From an uncultured Sphingorhabdus sp. (lineage in GTDB: Bacteria; Pseudomonadota; Alphaproteobacteria; Sphingomonadales; Sphingomonadaceae), in contig CAXBEI010000002.1 of the NCBI GenBank assembly GCA_963974765.1, positions 588,450 through 652,449 on the forward strand: a DNA stretch of 64,000 nucleotides, given 5' to 3'. The notes beneath the pieces are model-generated. The model had not been told where the DNA came from and made no database searches. It saw only the letters and a list, made by a program, of their open reading frames with translations. The position numbers were made by a program, and so were the translations under genes. This document shows, piece after piece, positions 48,008 through 58,697 of this stretch (position 1 is its first letter; the number at the start of each line of letters is the position of its first letter).

Positions 48008-48015
48008 AGGCGCGC

Positions 48016-49419
48016 TTGATCAATCACGGGAATATATTGACCGCCGCTGAAATGAAGCTGGCGGAACAGCGGCTGATCGACTCCGGCATTTCGGTTCAGG
48101 AACTGATGCGCCGGGCCGGGCAGGGTGCTGCGCAGATGATCTGGCGGATCGCTGCCGATATGCCGACTCTGGTGCTCTGCGGTCCGGGCAATAATGGTGG
48201 CGATGGCTATGTCATCGCCCAGTGGTTGCTCGAAAAAGATGTCGATGTCAGCATTGCCGCACCGCTCGAACCGACGACCGAGGCAGCGCAACATGCGAAA
48301 TCGCTGTGGCGCGGCAGAACGATTGCACTGACCGACGCGCAGCCCGCTGCGCAATTGGTCGATTGCCTCTTTGGCACAGGGTTGACCCGCTCTGTTGGTG
48401 ACGAGTGGTTCGGCCATTTCTCGCGCCTGTTTGCAGGCGCAAAGCGGCGGGTCGCGATCGATCTGCCCAGCGGTGTCGAATCCGACCATGGCACGCTGCT
48501 CAACGATATCCCGGCATTTGATACAACCATTGCCCTCGGTGCGTTCAAGCCGTCCCATCTTCTGGAACCGACGCGATCAATAATGGGCAATCTGGTCGGG
48601 ATCGATATCGGTATCGCCGCCGACAGCGATCTCGAAATTTTGTCCAAGCCCGAAATTTCCGCGCCGACATCGCAAGACCATAAATATAGCCGCGGCCTGG
48701 TTGCCGTGGTCGCCGGTGCGATGCCGGGTGCAGCGCAGCTAACTGCGATGGCGGCCCAGAAATCGGGGGCAGGCTATGTCAAAATATTTGCATCCTCCGG
48801 TTTCGAATCCCCGCATCCCAGTATCGTGGTCGAGGCAGTGCAGGACATGGCCGATCTACAACAAAAGCTTTCCGACAAGCGCATCTCGGCGATCATTCTT
48901 GGTCCGGGCCTCGGCCGGGATCAGCGAGCGAAAGATCTTTTGACGACCGCGTTAGCGGTGGATGCACCTTTGGTGATCGATGCCGATGCGCTGACCGTCG
49001 CCGGCACGCAATTCAGCGATCTGGTAAAAGAGCGCTCCGCCGAGACGATCGCGACACCCCATGCCGGAGAATTTGCCTCTCTGACAAAGGAGGCGCTGCA
49101 ATATAAATTCGATGATAGTCGTAAACTCGCCAAACAAGCGGAATGCAGCATATTGCTGAAAGGCTCCGATACGGTCATCGTAAGCCCGGAGGGCAAAGCC
49201 TTCATTTCCGCGCAAACCTGTCCATGGCTGTCCACAGCCGGGAGCGGCGACGTGTTGACCGGGATCATCGCAAGTCGCTTGGCAACGGGCGTCAGTGGTT
49301 ATAAGGCGGCGTGCGAAGGCCAATGGCTGCACAGCCGGGCCGGACAATTGGCCGGCCCCGCTTTCACGCCGGAAATGCTTATCGACCAACTCCCCGCCAC
49401 ATTGCAGGAATGTTTATGA
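48016..49419 (+). CDS. nnr: Bifunctional NAD(P)H-hydrate epimerase/dehydratase (NnrE-NnrD)
   Basis: LMRRAG, LCGPGNNGGDG, DCLFGTG, HKYSRG, GPGLG, DADAL, TPHAGEF, TAGSGDVLTG. Confidence 0.92.
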   Translation: MINHGNILTAAEMKLAEQRLIDSGISVQELMRRAGQGAAQMIWRIAADMPTLVLCGPGNNGGDGYVIAQWLLEKDVDVSIAAPLEPTTEAAQHAKSLWRGRTIALTDAQPAAQLVDCLFGTGLTRSVGDEWFGHFSRLFAGAKRRVAIDLPSGVESDHGTLLNDIPAFDTTIALGAFKPSHLLEPTRSIMGNLVGIDIGIAADSDLEILSKPEISAPTSQDHKYSRGLVAVVAGAMPGAAQLTAMAAQKSGAGYVKIFASSGFESPHPSIVVEAVQDMADLQQKLSDKRISAIILGPGLGRDQRAKDLLTTALAVDAPLVIDADALTVAGTQFSDLVKERSAETIATPHAGEFASLTKEALQYKFDDSRKLAKQAECSILLKGSDTVIVSPEGKAFISAQTCPWLSTAGSGDVLTGIIASRLATGVSGYKAACEGQWLHSRAGQLAGPAFTPEMLIDQLPATLQECL

Positions 49420-50624
49420 CCGCGACTGCCGATCCCGACCTGATCATTCGCGTTGCCGCGAAGGGCGATGGTGTGACCTCCGATGGCCGCCATATCGCCT
49501 TTTCCGCGCCGCTGGACCGGTTGAATGACGAAGGTGGGCTGATCAAGGGGCCGCATCATGTCGACCCGCCGTGCCAGCATTTTCAGTCCTGCGGCGGTTG
49601 CAGCCTGCAGCATCTGGATGACGAGAGCTACTGCCGTTTCCTGAGCGAGCGCGTGGCCTACGCACTGGAAGGACAGGGGCTGGCAGCAGAAATCCTGCAC
49701 CCGCCCCAGGTCTCTGCGCCCAAAACCCGTATTCGCGCCAGCCTGCGCGCGGCCAAACTGGGCGACCAATTCAAACTCGGGTTCAGTGGCGCCGGCAGCC
49801 ACCGGATCGTCGATCTCAAACAATGCGAGATCATGGCACCTGAATTATTCGCTCTTCTATCGCCTTTGCGGGCTTTTCTCAAAAATTCGTCCCGCCGCAA
49901 GCATGACATGAATATCGAAATGACGCTGGTGGATCAGGGAATCGACCTGCTGATCAGCAATTACGAGCCTGAGGGCCTGGAGCAACGCGAAGCCTTGTCC
50001 GCCTTTGCCAAGACCAACGGGCTGGCGCGCCTTTCTGTCGACGGCGGCTATGGCCCGGAAACCCAGTGGGAACCGGAGCCGGTGACGGTCACTTTGGGTG
50101 GAATTCCGGTCAGCTTCCCGCATAGCGCTTTCTTGCAGCCGACTCGCGATGGCCAGCAGGTGCTGGTTTCGGCGATGCTGGAGGCCGTTGGCGATGCGCG
50201 GCTTGTCGCCGATCTGTTCGCCGGACTGGGCACATTCACTCTGGCTCTCGGCGCCGACAAGAAAGTCTATGCCGCAGAAGGCGCTCGCGACACGATGGGC
50301 GCGCTGAAAATGGTGGCCAATCATTCCAAACGCCAGATATTCTGCGAACATCGCGATCTTTTTCGCCGGCCGCTCAGCGCCGAAGAGCTCAACCGCTTCG
50401 ATGCTGTCATTCTCGATCCGCCACGGGCTGGTGCGCGCGAACAGATCTTGCAGCTTGCGCAATCAGAGGTCGAGAAAATCTGCTATATCAGCTGCAATCC
50501 GGCCAGCTTTGCGCGCGATGCCAAACAGCTTTGCGACGCCGGATACAAGCTCCGGCAGGTCTGGCCGGTCGGGCAGTTCCTATGGTCGACCCATGTCGAG
50601 ATCGTGTCCAGCTTCAGTCGCTAG
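49416..50624 (+). CDS. RNA (uracil-C5)-methyltransferase, RlmD/TrmA family
   Basis: Fe-S motif PPCQHFQSCGGCSLQH, AFLQ, DLFAGLG, LDPPRAG, YISCNP, HVE. Confidence 0.9.
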   Translation: MTATADPDLIIRVAAKGDGVTSDGRHIAFSAPLDRLNDEGGLIKGPHHVDPPCQHFQSCGGCSLQHLDDESYCRFLSERVAYALEGQGLAAEILHPPQVSAPKTRIRASLRAAKLGDQFKLGFSGAGSHRIVDLKQCEIMAPELFALLSPLRAFLKNSSRRKHDMNIEMTLVDQGIDLLISNYEPEGLEQREALSAFAKTNGLARLSVDGGYGPETQWEPEPVTVTLGGIPVSFPHSAFLQPTRDGQQVLVSAMLEAVGDARLVADLFAGLGTFTLALGADKKVYAAEGARDTMGALKMVANHSKRQIFCEHRDLFRRPLSAEELNRFDAVILDPPRAGAREQILQLAQSEVEKICYISCNPASFARDAKQLCDAGYKLRQVWPVGQFLWSTHVEIVSSFSR

Positions 50625-50625
50625 C

Positions 50626-50658
50626 GGGCCCCTGCGAAAGCAAAGGCCTTCGCAGGAA
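50626..50658. repeat. REP-like palindrome between convergent genes
   Basis: CCTGCGAA-N10-TTCGCAGG; minus strand TTCCTGCGAAGGC resembles 9935-9952. Confidence 0.45.
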
Positions 50659-50666
50659 CGCCGGAG

Positions 50667-51098
50667 CTAATGGAATACTGCAATCGCCGCATGGATTGCC
50701 AGGGCAATGATGCACAGGCTGGACAGCGAAAATAGCATGAACCGAAAGAGCACGCGGTTGATCGTCACCTGAACGAGACTGTGTAGCACCCGCAGGCCGA
50801 CATAGATCCAGGCGATGGTCAGATTCAGTCCATAATCCTGACCGGAAAGGATCAAAACGACACAAATTGCATAAAAAAGCGTCGGTTCTGTAAGCAAATG
50901 GTTATAATTATGCGCCTTCCACTGCACTTCCGGCGGCAAAAGCTCGTCCAGGTCACCGCCCTTGCCGCCAACCAGATTGGCGGAATCTATCTTCGCTTTG
51001 TTCATCGCCGGAATCCGCGTGACATACATCCAAAGCCAGATCAGCATCGTCCATAAAATGAGCGCAACCATCGGCTGCAGCAACAGGCTATTCTCCAT
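50667..51098 (-). CDS. MAPEG family membrane protein
   Basis: QWKAHNYNHLLTEPTLFYA and AWIYVGLRVLHS. Confidence 0.85.
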   Translation of the reverse strand: MENSLLLQPMVALILWTMLIWLWMYVTRIPAMNKAKIDSANLVGGKGGDLDELLPPEVQWKAHNYNHLLTEPTLFYAICVVLILSGQDYGLNLTIAWIYVGLRVLHSLVQVTINRVLFRFMLFSLSSLCIIALAIHAAIAVFH

Positions 51099-51128
51099 AA
51101 AATTCCCTCCCAATATAATATTATAACT

Positions 51129-51560
51129 CTAGAAAAGCGTGGCCCACAGGGCGTTTGTCGCCATAATCAGTAGGCAGACGGTCGACGCTATGAACAGCAT
51201 GAAGCGGACATTGACCAGATTGACGGTCGCCTGCCAGATGCTGTGAATGATCCGGATTATCGCATAGGCCCAGGCGAGATAGAGGTTCAGTCCATGACCC
51301 GCATTGACGAGCGCAAGAATGACAACCGTGGCGTAAAACAGCGTCGGCTGCTCCATCAAATGGGTGTAATTATGGGATTTCCAGTTTACCTTGTCGGGGA
51401 TCACACCTTCCAGGTCGCTACCCCGACCGCCGGGAGGCGCCTTGGCAAGGTCTGCCCCTGATTTGGCCATGGCCGGAAATCTTGTGGCGGCCATCCAGAA
51501 CAACATGATCAGCGACCAGACGATCAACACCGCAGCGGGTGCCAAAATAGCAATATCCAT
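51129..51560 (-). CDS. MAPEG family membrane protein, tandem paralogue
   Basis: NWKSHNYTHLMEQPTLFYA and AWAYAIIRIIHS. Confidence 0.85.
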   Translation of the reverse strand: MDIAILAPAAVLIVWSLIMLFWMAATRFPAMAKSGADLAKAPPGGRGSDLEGVIPDKVNWKSHNYTHLMEQPTLFYATVVILALVNAGHGLNLYLAWAYAIIRIIHSIWQATVNLVNVRFMLFIASTVCLLIMATNALWATLF

Positions 51561-51635
51561 GATTCTTATTCTCCCAAAACCCGGGAGAAACTGCTTCAAC
51601 TGCAAAGGATTGTCAATTGCAACCTAGTTTAAGGT

Positions 51636-52835
51636 CTATGCGCTTGGGAAAGATACCACATTGTCGCGGTCGGACCGGTCGAGATTGTCACCGACATAGA
51701 GGCTGGCCATCGGCTCGTCTGAGACATCATATTCGTGGCTGCTGCCATAACCATTGAACTTGGTCCGCATAGCCGATCCATAGGCACCGATCATACCGAT
51801 CTCGATATAGTCATCGGCCTTGATGCAGTCGGGCAGGTTGAACGGACCGGCCATGAAATCCATGTCGTCGCAGGTCGGGCCGTAGAAGCTGAAGCCGGTG
51901 GTCGCTCCGGCTTCCGCATCCGCACCAACCTGGCGAACCGGGAACCGCCATCCGATATGCGCGGCGTCGAACAATGTGCCATAGGCTCCATCATTGATAA
52001 ACAGTTCGTTGCCGCGGCGGCGTTCGACCTTGACCACCAGCGAGCTATATTCGGCTGACAGCGCGCGTCCGGGTTCGCACCAGAGTTCGGCGGAATAGCT
52101 GATCGGCAAATCCTCGAACGTGCGGTCGATAGCGGTGAAATAATGATTGAGTGAAACCGGTTCCAGATCGGGATAGATTGACGGAAATCCGCCACCGACA
52201 TTGACAATGTCGACGGTCACTGACGCGCCGACAATGGCCGTGCGCACCCGTTCCAGAGCGTGGACATAGGCAAGCGGCGTCATCGCCTGGCTGCCAACAT
52301 GGAAGCAGATACCGAGGCAGTCGGCCCGCTGCCGTGCCCGCTGAAGCAATTCCGCCGATTCATCAACATCGATACCGAATTTCGAAGCTAGGCTGATTTC
52401 TGCAAATTCGGAAGCAACGCGAATCCGGACGCAAAGCGTCAGGTCTTCGGCAAGCTCGGTTCCCAGTTCAATCTTTTCCAGCTCTTCGAGACTGTCGAGC
52501 GAGAAAATCCGCACGCCATGTTCGTGATAGGCTTCTCGCACAGACGCGAGCTGTTTCACCGGATTCATGTAGCAGAGCGTCGCGTCGGGCAATGCCGCGC
52601 GAACGATGCGGACTTCGTCTATCGAAGCCACGTCAAAATGGGTCACGCCTTCTTCCCACAGCAGCTGCAGCAACGCAGGCGAGGGATTCGCTTTGACAGC
52701 GTAAAGCGATTTGCCGGGAAATTGCTCGACAAAATAACGCGCGGCACGGCGTGCTGCATGTGGCCGGTTAAGCAAAACTGGAATGTCTGGGCTTAGAGCC
52801 TTCGTCAGCTCCTCAGCATCAAGATAATGGTGCAA
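51636..52835 (-). CDS. Fold-type III PLP-dependent ornithine/lysine decarboxylase (TTG start)
   Basis: YAVKANP (PLP Lys), FDVAS, SKFG, FHVGSQ, NVGGGF, EPGR, GPTCD, GAY. Confidence 0.9.
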   Translation of the reverse strand: MHHYLDAEELTKALSPDIPVLLNRPHAARRAARYFVEQFPGKSLYAVKANPSPALLQLLWEEGVTHFDVASIDEVRIVRAALPDATLCYMNPVKQLASVREAYHEHGVRIFSLDSLEELEKIELGTELAEDLTLCVRIRVASEFAEISLASKFGIDVDESAELLQRARQRADCLGICFHVGSQAMTPLAYVHALERVRTAIVGASVTVDIVNVGGGFPSIYPDLEPVSLNHYFTAIDRTFEDLPISYSAELWCEPGRALSAEYSSLVVKVERRRGNELFINDGAYGTLFDAAHIGWRFPVRQVGADAEAGATTGFSFYGPTCDDMDFMAGPFNLPDCIKADDYIEIGMIGAYGSAMRTKFNGYGSSHEYDVSDEPMASLYVGDNLDRSDRDNVVSFPSA

Positions 52836-52935
52836 CTCAAGGGACCCCCTTATAGGCTAAGATCGATTGAGCTGCCTTGCGGATACGCAAGCGGCCATGG
52901 GGCAGCAAGGCGCGGCTATATGGCCACTTGAGGGC
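52836..52935 (-). ncRNA. Structured 5' leader of the decarboxylase gene (speF-like cis-regulatory RNA candidate)
   Basis: 5' CTCAAG can pair with CTTGAG next to the TTG start; nested alternative stems CCTTGC/GCAAGG, GCTGCC/GGCAGC and CTTGCG-TATC-CGCAAG. Confidence 0.5.
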
Positions 52936-52980
52936 TCTGTAAAGACCGAAGTCCTTACAGAAGCTGAACAAAAGCATTTT

Positions 52981-54150
52981 TTAGCTGAGCCGATCCATGA
53001 ACGCCGTCCAGTCGAAGCTTTTGACGCATTTCAGCTCATCTTTTTCACTGTTCCACATCCAGATCGACGGCAGCGGAACGCCATTGAACGTGTTGGTCTT
53101 GACCATCGAATAATGCGCCTGATCGAGAAACGCGATACGCTGGCCGATATGCGGGGCTTCGGGCAGGATATAATCACCGATAATATCGCCGGCCAGGCAG
53201 CTGGGACCACCGAGTCGAATTGCCTGGCCCTCGGAGCGCTCTCCCAGCATCGCCGGGCGATAGGGCGCCTCGATAACGTCCGGCATATGACAGGTTGCGG
53301 AAATATCGGTGATCCCGACCGGCATGCCATTGTCGAACACATCCAGTATCTCGCCCACCAATATGCCCGCGTCCAGCGCGACGGCTTCACCGGGCTCCAG
53401 ATAGATTTCGCAGCCTGAACGGGCTTTCAGGTCTTTCAGAAAGGCAACGAGCGCCTCGCGATCATAATCGTCGCGCGTAATGTGGTGACCGCCGCCAAGA
53501 TTGATCCATTTCAACATGCTGAAATGCGGCGCGATAATTGGTTCGACTTTCTCCCAGGTCTGTTGCAGTGCTTCGAATCCCTGTTCGCACAAATTGTGAA
53601 AGTGGATGCCGGACAAATGTTGGAAATGTTCGGATGCCAACTGGCTGATCGGGAAACCCAGCCGGCTATGCGGTTGGCTCGGATCATATTTCTCCGTCTC
53701 GCCAAGCGCGATCTCCGGATTAATTCTTAAGCCAATTTCTGAACTATCCAGCATAATATTTTGATTGGACATGCTTTTCCATCGCTCAATCTGCGACGGA
53801 TTGTTGAACGTGATATGCTCTGAAATCTGGCTTAGCTCGGCCAAGTCGTCAGCTTTATATGCCGGAGAATATGTGCTGATCGGCCCGCGAAAATGCTCCT
53901 TTGCAAGCCGCGCCTCCCACAGTCCAGAAGCGCAATAGCCATCAAGATATTCGTCGATCAGCGGAGCGAGCGACCACATGGAAAAGGCCTTGAGCGCCAG
54001 CAGAACCTTGGCGCCCGACCGTTCCTTGATATCCGCCAAAATCGCTAGATTCCGGCGCACCGCGACTTCATCCACAACAAAGGCAGGCGAGGGGACCCGC
54101 GCCAGATCAAAATGCGCGAAAGCGCCGGGATCGCCTGCCTTGGTCTCCAT
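52981..54150 (-). CDS. nspC: Carboxy(nor)spermidine decarboxylase
   Basis: LLALKAFS, GYCASGLWEA, GLRINP, YDPS...SRLG, NLGGGHHIT, EPGEA, SATCHMPD, GGPSCLAGD, YSMVKTNTFNG. Confidence 0.92.
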   Translation of the reverse strand: METKAGDPGAFAHFDLARVPSPAFVVDEVAVRRNLAILADIKERSGAKVLLALKAFSMWSLAPLIDEYLDGYCASGLWEARLAKEHFRGPISTYSPAYKADDLAELSQISEHITFNNPSQIERWKSMSNQNIMLDSSEIGLRINPEIALGETEKYDPSQPHSRLGFPISQLASEHFQHLSGIHFHNLCEQGFEALQQTWEKVEPIIAPHFSMLKWINLGGGHHITRDDYDREALVAFLKDLKARSGCEIYLEPGEAVALDAGILVGEILDVFDNGMPVGITDISATCHMPDVIEAPYRPAMLGERSEGQAIRLGGPSCLAGDIIGDYILPEAPHIGQRIAFLDQAHYSMVKTNTFNGVPLPSIWMWNSEKDELKCVKSFDWTAFMDRLS

Positions 54151-54151
54151 C

Positions 54152-55369
54152 CTAAAAGGCCAAAGGTGCTTCCAATTCTTCCAGTTTCCATGGCAATCCA
54201 TGCTCGTTAAGCATTGCCATGAACGGGTCTGGATCGAACTCTTCCATATTGAATACGCCGTCGCCTTTCCACTGGCCAGACAAGATCATCGCCGCGCCGA
54301 TCATCGCCGGAACGCCAGTGGTATAGCTCACGCCCTGATTGCCGGTTTCCTCGAAAGCCGCTTCATGGCTGCAGATATTCTTGACGTAGAGCGTCTTCTC
54401 GACGCCGTCTTTGACGCCGGTCGCAATCACCCCGATATTGGTATTGCCCTTGGTCGTTTCGCCAAGGCTCGCAGGTTCTGGCAACACCGCTTTCAGGAAC
54501 TGCAGCGGAATGATTTCGCGGCCCTCGTACATTACAGGGTCAATCCGGGTCATGCCGACATTCTGCAACACTTCGAGATGGGTCAGATAAGCGTCACCAA
54601 AGGTCATCCAGAAGCGAATCCGCTGGATTTCCGGGAGATGTGTCTTGAGCGATTCAATTTCCTCGTGATACATCAGATACATATTCTTCGGACCGACCGC
54701 CTCGAAATCAAATTCCTGCTTTTGCGTCAGCGGTGGACCTTCGACCCAGTCGCCATTTTCCCAGTGACGCGAATTGGCAGTGACTTCCCGGATATTGATC
54801 TCGGGATTGAAATTGGTCGCGAAATGCTGGCCATGGTCGCCGCCATTGCAGTCGAGAATGTCGAGTGTGTCGATCCGGTCGAAATGATGTTTCTTCAGCC
54901 AGCACGTAAATACACTGGTGACACCCGGATCGAAACCCGAACCCAGCAGCGCCATGATCCCCGCGTCCTTGAACCGGTCCTGATAATCCCACTGCCATTT
55001 ATATTCGAATTTCGCTTCGTCTCGCGGTTCGTAATTGGCGGTGTCGAGATAGTCGGTCTTGGTCGCAAGGCAGGCATCCATGATCGGCAGATCCTGATAG
55101 GGCAGCGCCAGATTGACCACGAGATCGGGCTTTTCCTTTTCGATCAGCGCAGTCAGGGCCGGAACATCGTCGGCATCGATCTGGGCAGTGGAAATCGCAA
55201 CGCCGGTCCGCTCTTTGACCGACTCGGCAATCGCTTCGCATTTCGACAAGGTGCGACTGGCCAAGATGATCTCGGTGAAGGGCCCGTTACCCGCTGCAAT
55301 CAACTGCGCCATTTTATGCACCGCTACCGAACTGACGCCGCCTGCGCCGATCACCAATATTTTACCCAT
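54152..55369 (-). CDS. Carboxy(nor)spermidine synthase/dehydrogenase (saccharopine dehydrogenase family)
   Basis: IGAGGV, NLALPYQD, YLDTANYE, GSGFDPG, DCNGGDHG..FATNFNPEINIRE; adjacent to nspC. Confidence 0.9.
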   Translation of the reverse strand: MGKILVIGAGGVSSVAVHKMAQLIAAGNGPFTEIILASRTLSKCEAIAESVKERTGVAISTAQIDADDVPALTALIEKEKPDLVVNLALPYQDLPIMDACLATKTDYLDTANYEPRDEAKFEYKWQWDYQDRFKDAGIMALLGSGFDPGVTSVFTCWLKKHHFDRIDTLDILDCNGGDHGQHFATNFNPEINIREVTANSRHWENGDWVEGPPLTQKQEFDFEAVGPKNMYLMYHEEIESLKTHLPEIQRIRFWMTFGDAYLTHLEVLQNVGMTRIDPVMYEGREIIPLQFLKAVLPEPASLGETTKGNTNIGVIATGVKDGVEKTLYVKNICSHEAAFEETGNQGVSYTTGVPAMIGAAMILSGQWKGDGVFNMEEFDPDPFMAMLNEHGLPWKLEELEAPLAF

Positions 55370-55422
55370 GATTTCCACTCTAAATGCTGGAGAAATGAAA
55401 GTCCCGCATATAGGGAGAGACT

Positions 55423-56406
55423 ATGACAGAGCAAGACCTGATGGAACCGGACCGGCAACCAACATTGGCCGGCGTTGAGCGAGCGGCGGAGAAAATTGCA
55501 GCTATTTTACCGCCCACACCGCTGTTGCCGCTCGAAATCGATGGCACGACAATCTGGTGCAAGGCAGAATGCCTGCAGCCAATCGGCGCGTTCAAAATTC
55601 GCGGTGGCTGGCACCGCCTGACCGATCTGACCGACGATCAACGCAAGCGTGGCGTCATCGGATTCTCCAGCGGTAATCACGCACAAGGAGTTGCCTGGGC
55701 TGCCCGCAGGCTTGGCGTGCCCGCAACGATCATCATGCCGGAGGACGCGCCCAGAGCGAAACTGGAGAACACCAGAGCATTGGGTGCCAATGTCATTACC
55801 TATGACCGGATGAGCGGCAATCGCGAGCAATTGGCCGCTGAGTTGTCACAGGAAACCGGAGCGGTTGTCGTTCCCAGCTTCGATGATCCGTGGATCGTCG
55901 AAGGGCAGGGCAGTTGTGGTATCGAGATCCGGGAGCAGATGCTGGCGCGAACCGGATTTGCGGCGGATAAGCTCGTCATCTGCTGTGGCGGCGGTGGTCT
56001 GGCCAGCGGGACGGCTCTGGCCAATCCTGATGCAAAAATCGTGATCGTCGAACCGGAAGGCTGGGACGACATGAAACGCTCGCTGGAAGGCGGAGCAATC
56101 GTGCCGGTAGGGGAAAACCCGCCCGCGACCGAATGTGACGCACTGCAGACGCTCCGCGTCGCCCCGATCACGTTCAATATTTTAAAAGACCGTAACGCAA
56201 CAGGAATCGCGGTTTCCCGCGCTGAAGTGCATCACGCCATGCGGGTTGCATTTGAAAAATTGCGTCTGGTCGTGGAACCGGGCGGCGCGGTTGCTCTGGC
56301 AGCAGCTTTGGCCGGTAAGGTAAAGCTTACGGATCGCACTGCTATCACGCTTTCCGGTGGCAATGTCGACAATCAGCTATTTGCGAAAATTATCGCCGGC
56401 CTTTAG
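55423..56406 (+). CDS. Threonine/serine dehydratase family PLP enzyme
   Basis: [46 protein letters not shown]. Confidence 0.9.
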   Translation: MTEQDLMEPDRQPTLAGVERAAEKIAAILPPTPLLPLEIDGTTIWCKAECLQPIGAFKIRGGWHRLTDLTDDQRKRGVIGFSSGNHAQGVAWAARRLGVPATIIMPEDAPRAKLENTRALGANVITYDRMSGNREQLAAELSQETGAVVVPSFDDPWIVEGQGSCGIEIREQMLARTGFAADKLVICCGGGGLASGTALANPDAKIVIVEPEGWDDMKRSLEGGAIVPVGENPPATECDALQTLRVAPITFNILKDRNATGIAVSRAEVHHAMRVAFEKLRLVVEPGGAVALAAALAGKVKLTDRTAITLSGGNVDNQLFAKIIAGL

Positions 56407-57623
56407 GCCGCGATGGCCAGTTCCAAGTCCATCCGGCTCCAGATTTCCACCAAAGCCTTGGTCAGATCGACCATCATGGTTTCGCTATGTGCCGGGCCCG
56501 GTGTGAAGCGCAGGCGTTCTGTCCCGCGCGGCACCGTTGGATAGTTGATCGGCTGCACATAGACGCCATATTCGGCCAGCAGAACATCGCTGATCTTCTT
56601 TGCCTTGACCGGATCGCCAACCCGCAGAGGCACGATATGGGTCGTTGAGTCCATGACCGGCAGGCCTGCGTCGGCGAACAGGTCCTTGAGCGTCTGCGCG
56701 GCGGCCTGTTGACCATCACGTTCGGCAGTCGACTGTTTCAGATGCCGGATGCTGGCCAATGCACCGGCAACAAGCACCGGAGACAGGCTGGTCGTGAAGA
56801 TGAAGCCAGGAGCATAGGACCGGATAACATCGACGATCTTCTGGTCTGCGGTAATATAACCACCCATGACACCGACGGCCTTGGCCAGTGTTCCCTCGAT
56901 GATCGTAATTCTCTCGGCCGCTTTGTCACGTTCCGAAATCCCGCCCCCGCGCTCTCCGTACATGCCAACAGCATGAACTTCGTCGCAATAGGTGAGGGCG
57001 TTATATTTGTCTGCCAGATCGCAGATTGCATGCAATGGTGCTATATCGCCATCCATCGAATAGATGCTTTCAAAGGCAATCAGCTTTGGCACTTCCGGAT
57101 CTTCGACAGCCAGCAATTCTTCCAGATGTTCCAGATCATTATGCCGGAAAACCCGCTTCTCGCAGCCGCTGTTCTTGATTCCGGCAATCATCGAAGCATG
57201 GTTCAGCTCGTCGGAAAAAATAATGCAGCCCGGCAGAATCTTGGTCAGCGTTGAAAGCGTTGCTTCATTCGACACATAGCCGGATGTGAACAGCAGCGCG
57301 CCGGATTTGCCGTGCCAGTCGGCCAGTTCCCGCTCGAGCTGGATATGATAATGGGTGTTGCCGCCGATATTGCGGGTTCCGCCAGAGCCGGCGCCGACAT
57401 CGTGCAACGCTTCTTCCATAGCGGCAATCACATCGGGATGCTGGCCCATCGCCAGATAGTCGTTCGAGCACCAGACCGTGACCGGTTGCGGTCCGTTGTG
57501 ATGCGCGAAACAGCGGGCGTTCGGGAACGAACCCTTGTTGCGCAAAATGTCGATGAATACCCGATAGCGTCCCTCGGCATGAAGCCGGTCAATCGCTTGC
57601 GAAAAAATTTTATCGTAGTCCAC
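56403..57623 (-). CDS. hemA: 5-aminolevulinate synthase
   Basis: [47 protein letters not shown]. Confidence 0.96.
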   Translation of the reverse strand: MDYDKIFSQAIDRLHAEGRYRVFIDILRNKGSFPNARCFAHHNGPQPVTVWCSNDYLAMGQHPDVIAAMEEALHDVGAGSGGTRNIGGNTHYHIQLERELADWHGKSGALLFTSGYVSNEATLSTLTKILPGCIIFSDELNHASMIAGIKNSGCEKRVFRHNDLEHLEELLAVEDPEVPKLIAFESIYSMDGDIAPLHAICDLADKYNALTYCDEVHAVGMYGERGGGISERDKAAERITIIEGTLAKAVGVMGGYITADQKIVDVIRSYAPGFIFTTSLSPVLVAGALASIRHLKQSTAERDGQQAAAQTLKDLFADAGLPVMDSTTHIVPLRVGDPVKAKKISDVLLAEYGVYVQPINYPTVPRGTERLRFTPGPAHSETMMVDLTKALVEIWSRMDLELAIAA

Positions 57624-57740
57624 TGTGCACCAAATCCTGCTTCAAATCTGTTCTTGCGATCATCTCGGAATGGCCTTTAGCGGCCTTTTCCCAGAATTTC
57701 CAGCGCGAACCACTCGCAATAAGAGTTGTTCGCCATAGGC

Positions 57741-58553
57741 TTACAACTTTTCAAACCGTCTTATGCCATATTCCGCGAAGGCCGGGCGATAGGGTTCGAT
57801 ATCGGCGATATCGCCTGTCGTAACAAATATCCCGTCTCTGCTGTCGCCGGGCCATATTGTGTTTTTCGTCAAATAGGCGATCCGGCGAGCGATACCCTGC
57901 GCGCCATCGATAAACTGAATAGGCGTTCGCGCTGCATCGGCCAGTTCGTCGCGCAACAAAGGAAAATGGGTGCAGGCGAGAATGACCGTGTCTATTTGTT
58001 CGGCTTCCGGCTGACTGATCAGTCCCGACATCGCTTCTTCGATAATCCGGATATCCGGCTTTTCTCCGCGCAGCTTGGCCTCTGCTGCATAGACGAGTTC
58101 GGGAGCTGCATGGCGGAGCAATATCTTGTCGGCGGCAAAATCGGCGGCTAGCCGGTCAACATAGGGCTGCCGGATGGTTGCCCGCGTGCCAAGAAGTCCG
58201 ATGACGCCGGTCTTGGAAAGTTCGCTGGCCGGTTTGATCGCCGGCACGGTCCCGACAACCGGGATATCCAGGGCAGAGCGAACGTGATCAAGCGCAATTG
58301 TCGAGGCAGTGTTGCAGGCAATGGTAACCAATTGCGGCTTGTATCGTTCGACCAGGCGGCCAAGAAGCGCCGGAACGCGCGCTGCCAATTCCGCTTCGGA
58401 TTTCATGCCATAAGGCAGGCCCGCATAATCTGCGGCATAGACAATCGGCGCGCGCGGCAGCAATTTTATCGTCTCTTTCAACACCGATAGTCCACCGACG
58501 CCGGTATCGAAAAATAACAAGGGAGGGCATTCGCCAGTCTGCTCTTCGGTCAT
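57741..58553 (-). CDS. murI: Glutamate racemase
   Basis: FDTGVGGLS, PYG, IACNTAS, LACTHFP. Confidence 0.95.
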   Translation of the reverse strand: MTEEQTGECPPLLFFDTGVGGLSVLKETIKLLPRAPIVYAADYAGLPYGMKSEAELAARVPALLGRLVERYKPQLVTIACNTASTIALDHVRSALDIPVVGTVPAIKPASELSKTGVIGLLGTRATIRQPYVDRLAADFAADKILLRHAAPELVYAAEAKLRGEKPDIRIIEEAMSGLISQPEAEQIDTVILACTHFPLLRDELADAARTPIQFIDGAQGIARRIAYLTKNTIWPGDSRDGIFVTTGDIADIEPYRPAFAEYGIRRFEKL

Positions 58554-58697
58554 ATTTTTCCCATAGCCAGAATAGCATAGATACGGCAACCGCTTCGGTT
58601 CGTCTGACAGGCGTTTGGCCTTGGCCGTTTTTTCGCTCGTGATACTTGCTCATCATCGTCTGTGAATATAGCGCGGATCGAAATAGGGGTATTTTAA

